A stretch of 38,157 nt of DNA from Defluviitaleaceae bacterium. GTDB lineage: Bacteria; Bacillota; Clostridia; Lachnospirales; WRAA01. The DNA is taken from NCBI GenBank assembly GCA_009780445.1, contig WRAA01000001.1:1-38157 (forward strand), given 5' to 3'. Shown here piece after piece: positions 33,222 through 38,157 of this stretch (positions within the stretch are counted from its first letter, which is position 1; each line of letters begins with the position of its first letter). The notes below the pieces were generated by a model. It ran no database searches, had not been told where the DNA came from, and was given only the letters and a program-made list of their open reading frames with translations. A program made the position numbers and the translations under genes.

Positions 33222-35075
33222 TTAGAAGTTGCCCAGACGGTTGATTGTCAGGTCGTAGATTCCGTCGATAACGTTGATAAGCTGTGCCGCGGCTTGGTAG
33301 ATATGCTGGAAGCGCATCATGTTTACGATCTCTTCGCTGGTGTCCACGCCCATTACGGATATACGCTGGATGTCCACGGACTGCACGATGTCGTTGTAGT
33401 TTTCTTCGAAGCGCAGAGCCTGTCTCAGGTCTACGCCCAGTTCGCCGGAGATGGAGATTAGGAAGTCTTGCAGACGGCCTTGAGCAAACAGGCCGCTGTA
33501 GTTGTTCACGGCAAGGAAGCCCAGTATCACGTCATTGAAGCTTTCGCCCGTGTTGTTGTTGGACGATACGGCGAGCCAGTCCGGGTTTTGCATCAGAATC
33601 TCGTTTACGCCGAAGTTCAGGAAGGCTTGCGAACGCCAGTTAGGGTTGCTGTCGTCGCCCAGCACGAACATGTTGTGCAGGACATTGCCCGGCACGTGGG
33701 ACACATCGCGGTTGCCGGCAGGCACTGCCCCGGGGATGGGTTGGCCGTTGCGGTTTAAGCCGTAGTTCATAGCATCGGCGAAGGTGCGCACCAGGGTGTT
33801 GAACTGGTTCATGTAGTGCGGTATGCCCTTGAAGTTGGTGGTGCGGCCTATTTCTATGCGGTTGAGGTTTGCGGGGTCGAAGTTTGGTGGGAAGGTGTCC
33901 ACGGTTAGCGTAAAGAAGGGCTGATTGCCTGGCGTGCCTGGGTTCCACACCAAGTTTGTGTAGTCGATTTCGATGACGCGGTCGTCGTAATTGAAGAGGG
34001 TTATGCGGCCTTGGTCGTTGAGGTCATCGCGGTGCGGCGCGGGTATCGTAAGCACCGTGCCGTTGAAGTCTCCGGCTGTTACGGCCATGCTGATGTGTGT
34101 GCCGTTGTTGCCGTCGCGCACGTCCAGCAGACCACGAAGCTGGCCGCGAAGCTGCGGGCTGTACATGTCGAACTGGCGGCCTCCGCGGAACTGAATGTCG
34201 AACAGGCCTACGACGTCGGTGGGGTTGCGCTCCGCGCCGGCCGGCCGGGCGACTGTCTCAAGAAGGTTGATGTTGCCGCCGCTTACGAAGTCCTGGCCGT
34301 TGATCATCACGCGGAAGTGGAGCTTGCTAAGGCCGCGTTGTTCGGGTTCAGGGAACATTCCCGCGGCGAAGTCCTCGTTGCGTTCGGTTTCGATTATGCT
34401 TACGTTCACCAGCAGCGAAAGTTCGTCGATAAGCCTTGCGCGGGAATCGCGCAGGTCGTTGGCGCGGGAGCCTGTGAGCTCTGTGCGCGCTATCTGCTCG
34501 TTGAGGCTGGCTATCTGGTTGCCCAGGCCGTTTATGCGCCCCACCATGATGTGTACCTCGGTGTTTGCGTCTATTTGCTGGCGGCGCATGGTCTGTGCCA
34601 TATTGTGTACGAAGGATTGGAGGGTGCTTGCGGTTTGCAGGACGTTTACGCGGTATACGGAGTCTCCGGCGTTGGTGCTTAGGTTTTGCAGGCTGTTGAA
34701 GAACAGGCCGAAGCCCGTGGTTGTGCCTACGCCGCCTGTGGGGGAGTCCGCCCCGCGAAGCTCGTTAAGCCCCATTTCCAGCACGCGCAGCTGCTGCGCC
34801 TGTGCCTGGAAACGCCCAAGCGTCGAGCGTTCGTTCCAGAACTTGTGGTCCAGGAATACGTTGCGGTGCTGGCCTACGCCGTAGATCTGCGCGCCTGTGC
34901 CGTACATGCCGCGGCCGTCGCGCAGATTCAGCGCGGGCAGTGCGCGGTGTTCAATGAACTGGCGCGAGAACCCGGGGCCCTGGCTGGCGATATTGTGGTT
35001 TACAACGTCCAGCCCGCCGCGAGCAAGGAACAAGGCTGTGCGGGCTACGTTAAATTCAAAGAATGCTGAGCGCAT
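33222..35075 (-). CDS. flgK: flagellar hook-associated protein 1 paralogue (FlgK-like, second copy)
   Basis: 617 aa. The N-terminal rod/hook-type segment is LDVVNHNIASQGPGFSRQ. The C-terminal segment is EEIVNMMRFQHIYQAAAQLINVIDGIYDLTINRL. Confidence 0.82.
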   Translation of the reverse strand: MRSAFFEFNVARTALFLARGGLDVVNHNIASQGPGFSRQFIEHRALPALNLRDGRGMYGTGAQIYGVGQHRNVFLDHKFWNERSTLGRFQAQAQQLRVLEMGLNELRGADSPTGGVGTTTGFGLFFNSLQNLSTNAGDSVYRVNVLQTASTLQSFVHNMAQTMRRQQIDANTEVHIMVGRINGLGNQIASLNEQIARTELTGSRANDLRDSRARLIDELSLLVNVSIIETERNEDFAAGMFPEPEQRGLSKLHFRVMINGQDFVSGGNINLLETVARPAGAERNPTDVVGLFDIQFRGGRQFDMYSPQLRGQLRGLLDVRDGNNGTHISMAVTAGDFNGTVLTIPAPHRDDLNDQGRITLFNYDDRVIEIDYTNLVWNPGTPGNQPFFTLTVDTFPPNFDPANLNRIEIGRTTNFKGIPHYMNQFNTLVRTFADAMNYGLNRNGQPIPGAVPAGNRDVSHVPGNVLHNMFVLGDDSNPNWRSQAFLNFGVNEILMQNPDWLAVSSNNNTGESFNDVILGFLAVNNYSGLFAQGRLQDFLISISGELGVDLRQALRFEENYNDIVQSVDIQRISVMGVDTSEEIVNMMRFQHIYQAAAQLINVIDGIYDLTINRLGNF

Positions 35076-35174
35076 CGTAACACCTTCTCTACTATTATCG
35101 TTATGTCAATGCACGAAGAGTTTTTCAGAAAAATTAGCTGAGACTATCCGGTTTGCGATATCGCGGAGGGGCTT

Positions 35175-35346
35175 GGGGAACGAAGCGTTCCCCAGGAGGA
35201 ACGTTCCGTTCCCAATTAGCAGTAGATTTTCGGCGGCGTGTACGTCGAAAATCTGTTTAGCATTCGCAACGCGGATGCTAAACGTTCGTACAGTTTCAAA
35301 AAAATCCCGCACTTGGATTTTTTTGAACGACAAACGCGAAGCGTTT
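35175..35346. repeat. array of hairpins in the 278-bp flgK-flgK' spacer
   Basis: Plus-strand stems: GGGGAACG-aag-CGTTCCCC (35175-35193); palindrome GGAACGTTCC (35198-35207); AGATTTTCG/CGAAAATCT (35224-35254); GTTTAGCAT/ATGCTAAAC (35255-35283); AAAAAAATCC/GGATTTTTTT (35298-35324); AAACGC-gaa-GCGTTT (35332-35346). Confidence 0.6.
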
Positions 35347-35353
35347 GGCGTAA

Positions 35354-37138
35354 TTATCGTCCCATTTGGTTGATGATCGTATCCATCATTGAGTCCAGCA
35401 TGTTTACCATACGTGCGTTTGCGTTGTATGCGTGCTGGAATGTAAGCATGAACGACAGCTCTTCGTCCATCGAAACGCTCATGACGGATTGGCGGCGGTT
35501 GTCGATGGCCTGCACAAGTGTGGTCTGTTCGCGCACAAAACCCAGCGCCTGGCTTGTGGCGTTGCTGTTGTCTGTTATCATTTGGCGGTAGGCGGTGTCC
35601 AGGCTCATGGGTCTGTGGTCCATGCCGAAGAACACAACGTTTTCGGACTTCCACTGCTCCATAAGATCCAGCACCAGGGTGGTGTCGTCCTGCGCGTTCG
35701 CGCTTAGGGACAGAGCCAGCAGGTTGGGGCCGCCGTCCCGCAGGAGGGCGGGGTTGATGAACACGTTGCCGATGCGGTAGAGGGTGTTTGCCTCTGTGGG
35801 GTCGTACGGGTTGGGTTGTACGTAGACATATGTTCCGCTTCCGTCGTCCACGAAGCGCGGCACATAGGTGCCGTTTGCGTAGTTTCTGACGAACACGGGC
35901 AGATGGGTGCGTTCGTTGTTTGCGTCGAAGGGTGCGTTAGGGTCGCGCTCACCGGCCGCCGTTATTGGCGACACCGCGTTGTTTATCATCGTTATAACTT
36001 GGTTGAACAGGGTGTCAATCTGCATCATGGTACGCGGGATCATGGATGTGGTGAGGTTGAATCTTATGCGGTCGTATTCAGCTTGGTCGCCGGCGAGTTG
36101 GGCGGCGGCCAGACGTTGGGGCGAGTATGAATCTTCTTCGGACAGGCCGCGGGCGATGATCAGCCCCAGCAGTCTGCCGGAGTCGTTGCCGCGGTGCGCC
36201 GCTATCTCGTCGTTTACGTCGAAGAGCAGCTGGTAGGTGCCGGAGGGTGCGTCGTAGGGAAGAACGTCGCGCGAGTTGGTGATGACGGGCAGAACCAAGT
36301 TGGTACCCGGCGCGGACTGTTTCAGGCCGATGCGGTTTACGTCTATGCCGCCGCTTAGCAGCTCACTGCCGCCGGAGCGGATGCTGACCATGCCGCGCGC
36401 GTCCTCCCAGAATGTGATGTGCAGGAGGCTTGAAAGCTCGTCCAGTGCGTTGTTGCGGCGGTCGCGCAGGTCGTTGGCGTTGTCGCCGAAGAACCAGCGG
36501 TCGTCCCGCAGGGAGTGACCCTCGTTTGCGGCGATGGACACGTTAAGCTGTGCCACTTGCTCGAGAAGCTGGTTCACGCGGATTACCGTGCTCTTGACCT
36601 GGTTGTTCAGGTTCTGCTGGTATGCGCGTAGGTGGGAGTGTACGGAGTTCATCTTATTCAGGAAGGTGACGGCGGTGGCGATAAAGTTGTTGCGCACCTC
36701 CAGGCCGGATTGGTTCACGCTTAGTTCGTTCAGCGCGTCCCATATGTCGTTGAACACGGTCTGCGTGGGCAGCGCGCCGTGCAGCTCCGACAGGAGCATC
36801 TCGATCTCGAAGCCGGTGTCGGCTATTGGCGCGTGAAAACCAAGGCGGCCCAGTTCCCGCCGGTAGGATATGTCTATGAATAGGTCGCGGATCTGCGTGG
36901 TGGACGTGACATTGGTGCCGAGGCCGCGCTGCATGGGGTCTGTGCCGCCGCGGCCGCTGTTTAAGTTGGCGCGGCTTGCGCCTTGGAAGTTGACGTATGC
37001 GAAGTTGTGCTGGAGTATGCGCTGGCGCGAAAAGCCGGGCGCGGTGGAGTTGGCCAGGTTGTGGCCGACTACGTTAAGCCCCATGCGTGCGGCATTCATG
37101 CCGCTTACAGCCACGCTTAGAGATCCTAAGTTTGCCAT
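35354..37138 (-). CDS. flgK: flagellar hook-associated protein 1 (FlgK), first copy
   Basis: 594 aa. The N-terminus is canonical: LSVAVSGMNAARMGLNVVGHNLANSTAPGFSRQ. The C-terminus reads DEELSFMLTFQHAYNANARMVNMLDSMMDTIINQM. AGGAGG lies upstream of the ATG. Confidence 0.88.
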   Translation of the reverse strand: MANLGSLSVAVSGMNAARMGLNVVGHNLANSTAPGFSRQRILQHNFAYVNFQGASRANLNSGRGGTDPMQRGLGTNVTSTTQIRDLFIDISYRRELGRLGFHAPIADTGFEIEMLLSELHGALPTQTVFNDIWDALNELSVNQSGLEVRNNFIATAVTFLNKMNSVHSHLRAYQQNLNNQVKSTVIRVNQLLEQVAQLNVSIAANEGHSLRDDRWFFGDNANDLRDRRNNALDELSSLLHITFWEDARGMVSIRSGGSELLSGGIDVNRIGLKQSAPGTNLVLPVITNSRDVLPYDAPSGTYQLLFDVNDEIAAHRGNDSGRLLGLIIARGLSEEDSYSPQRLAAAQLAGDQAEYDRIRFNLTTSMIPRTMMQIDTLFNQVITMINNAVSPITAAGERDPNAPFDANNERTHLPVFVRNYANGTYVPRFVDDGSGTYVYVQPNPYDPTEANTLYRIGNVFINPALLRDGGPNLLALSLSANAQDDTTLVLDLMEQWKSENVVFFGMDHRPMSLDTAYRQMITDNSNATSQALGFVREQTTLVQAIDNRRQSVMSVSMDEELSFMLTFQHAYNANARMVNMLDSMMDTIINQMGR

Positions 37139-37180
37139 TGTTGCCTCCTGTAGCAGTTCCGCTTGTCAAGTGGGACTGCG

Positions 37181-37675
37181 TTATTGTTTAGCGTCAAAAA
37201 GGGTGGAGCGTCCGTCCGCCGCGGAAACTTCGTCAAAGCCGGGGGTGCCATCGGCCGCGCCGCGGATCAGGTTCATGGTGAAGTCCACGTAGTCCAGCGA
37301 GAACGCCAGCAGAGCCTTGTTGGAATCGTTAACTTCCTTTAGCTCATCTACTGCCGCGCGGAGCCGCTTGGCTACGGCGACCAGTGCGGGGTGTTCTTCC
37401 TGCCGGGCGATCAGCTCGGCAAGCAGGCTCAGCGTCATGTCGGACTCGTTCTTGCCCAGCACTGTGGAGATGTCGCGGGTTATTCGCACGCGCTGTTTCT
37501 CCAGCCGCTGGTTGTTGCCCACGATTATGTTCTCGACATTGGTGATCTTCTGCAGAGACTTTACGTCGTTTTGCACAAGCACCTGGCGTTTTTCATGCGA
37601 AAGAGCAAGCAGGTTCTCGTAGTTCTCTGCCTGCTCGTTCAGAACGGTCAGTAGTTCGTTTATCAGCCCGGCCAT
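37181..37675 (-). CDS. flgN: FlgN-family flagellar export chaperone
   Basis: 164 aa, helical. The N-terminus LINELLTVLNEQAENYENLLALSHEKRQVLVQNDVKSLQKI resembles FlgN. It sits between flgM and flgK, as is typical. Confidence 0.8.
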   Translation of the reverse strand: MAGLINELLTVLNEQAENYENLLALSHEKRQVLVQNDVKSLQKITNVENIIVGNNQRLEKQRVRITRDISTVLGKNESDMTLSLLAELIARQEEHPALVAVAKRLRAAVDELKEVNDSNKALLAFSLDYVDFTMNLIRGAADGTPGFDEVSAADGRSTLFDAKQ

Positions 37676-37956
37676 TACCGGCTCCGTTCGTCTGTAAAGA
37701 CCTCGGCGATCCTGCGCGGATCCGGCTCGTAGGTTCCGTTTTCGATGCGCGCGCGTATGTCGGACACAAGGCCTTCGCGCACTTCGGGCGCGTTGGCGAT
37801 AGCCTGGAACGCTGTTGTGAAGCTTCGCGCGGAGTCAGAAACCTCCAGGGAATCGCGCCGCGCCTCCGGGCGTTGGTTGCCTGCGCGGCCTGCGCGGGCG
37901 GCGGACTGTTGTGCGGAAGCCGTCTCATATATGTTTGCAATGTTGTTGATCCTCAT
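37675..37956 (-). CDS. flgM: anti-sigma-28 factor FlgM
   Basis: The C-terminal motif VREGLVSDIRARIENGTYEPDPRRIAEV is typical of FlgM. I prefer the ATG at 37956 (MRINNI...), preceded by GGGGTGA. The track start at 37974 has no RBS. The stop overlaps the flgN start. Confidence 0.85.
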   Translation of the reverse strand: MRINNIANIYETASAQQSAARAGRAGNQRPEARRDSLEVSDSARSFTTAFQAIANAPEVREGLVSDIRARIENGTYEPDPRRIAEVFTDERSR

Positions 37957-38024
37957 TGCTTCACCCCGTTTCATTAATTGTGGACCGGATCATTGTAGAT
38001 CAAAACGTAATTTCTCTCGAAAGT

Positions 38025-38053
38025 ATTATCGGAACAAATTGTCGTTAATATTA
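38025..38053 (-). promoter_or_regulatory. candidate sigma-28 (SigD/FliA)-type promoter upstream of flgM
   Basis: The minus strand reads TAAT (38053-38050), a 16-nt spacer, then tCCGATAAT (38033-38025). The -10 matches the GCCGATAA consensus well. The -35 matches TAAA at 3 of 4 positions. Confidence 0.45.
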
Positions 38054-38157
38054 GCGTTTTTCGAAAGATTTGTGTTGTTGTGAGATGTAAACAGTTCATT
38101 GGCGTTTTCTGAATGGTCGGCGGGGTCGTTTGCGCGGGCGGCGGTGTAGGAAGAGAC

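Noticed and set aside
35076-35174. Sigma-28 promoter for the second flgK
   Set aside because: Only a CGATAA fragment is present, with no TAAA-like -35 at 15-16 nt. A nearby TTGACA has no correctly spaced -10. The support is insufficient.
1-38157. CRISPR arrays, tRNA/rRNA genes, IS elements, integrases, prophage or restriction-modification genes
   Set aside because: I scanned for regularly spaced repeats, cloverleaf-like GC-rich segments and transposase- or integrase-like translations on both strands. None was found.

Overview
This is a 38.2-kb chromosomal segment from a GC-rich, flagellated Firmicute. The gene order looks Clostridia-like, but that assignment is inference only. All calls come from reading the ORF translations and the DNA by eye; no database search was possible. 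I support 32 protein-coding genes and found no rRNA, tRNA, CRISPR array, transposase or integrase. Left to right: (1) the glycolytic block pgk-tpiA-gpmI on the minus strand, with gpmI running off the window; (2) housekeeping genes: a PHP/HisJ-type phosphatase, an HIBADH-family oxidoreductase, rluD, lspA and a CNNM/CorC-type membrane protein; (3) the stand-out feature, a tightly packed nine-gene, ~15.5-kb minus-strand operon at 7397-22946. It encodes four lidless Hsp70 paralogues (one fused to a vWA domain, one with degenerate ATPase motifs), a GrpE-domain fusion protein, a TPR protein, two large unknowns and a membrane-anchored coiled-coil protein. No J-domain partner is visible, and its first gene overlaps the glyQS stop codon. 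(4) An AT-rich ~550-bp island at 24350-24900 with convergent strong promoters, a shared bidirectional terminator and a 28-aa hydrophobic peptide ORF whose SD sits in a hairpin. This is a candidate type I toxin-antitoxin locus. (5) pepP, then hprK-murB-rapZ-whiA followed by an HPr/Crh-like gene carrying Asp at the His15 position. (6) The late flagellar block flgM-flgN-flgK-flgK'-flgL-fliW-csrA on the minus strand. Several intergenic spacers carry unusual hairpin arrays or a ~168-bp palindrome. Most long ORFs antisense to these genes are GC-driven shadow ORFs and were rejected.
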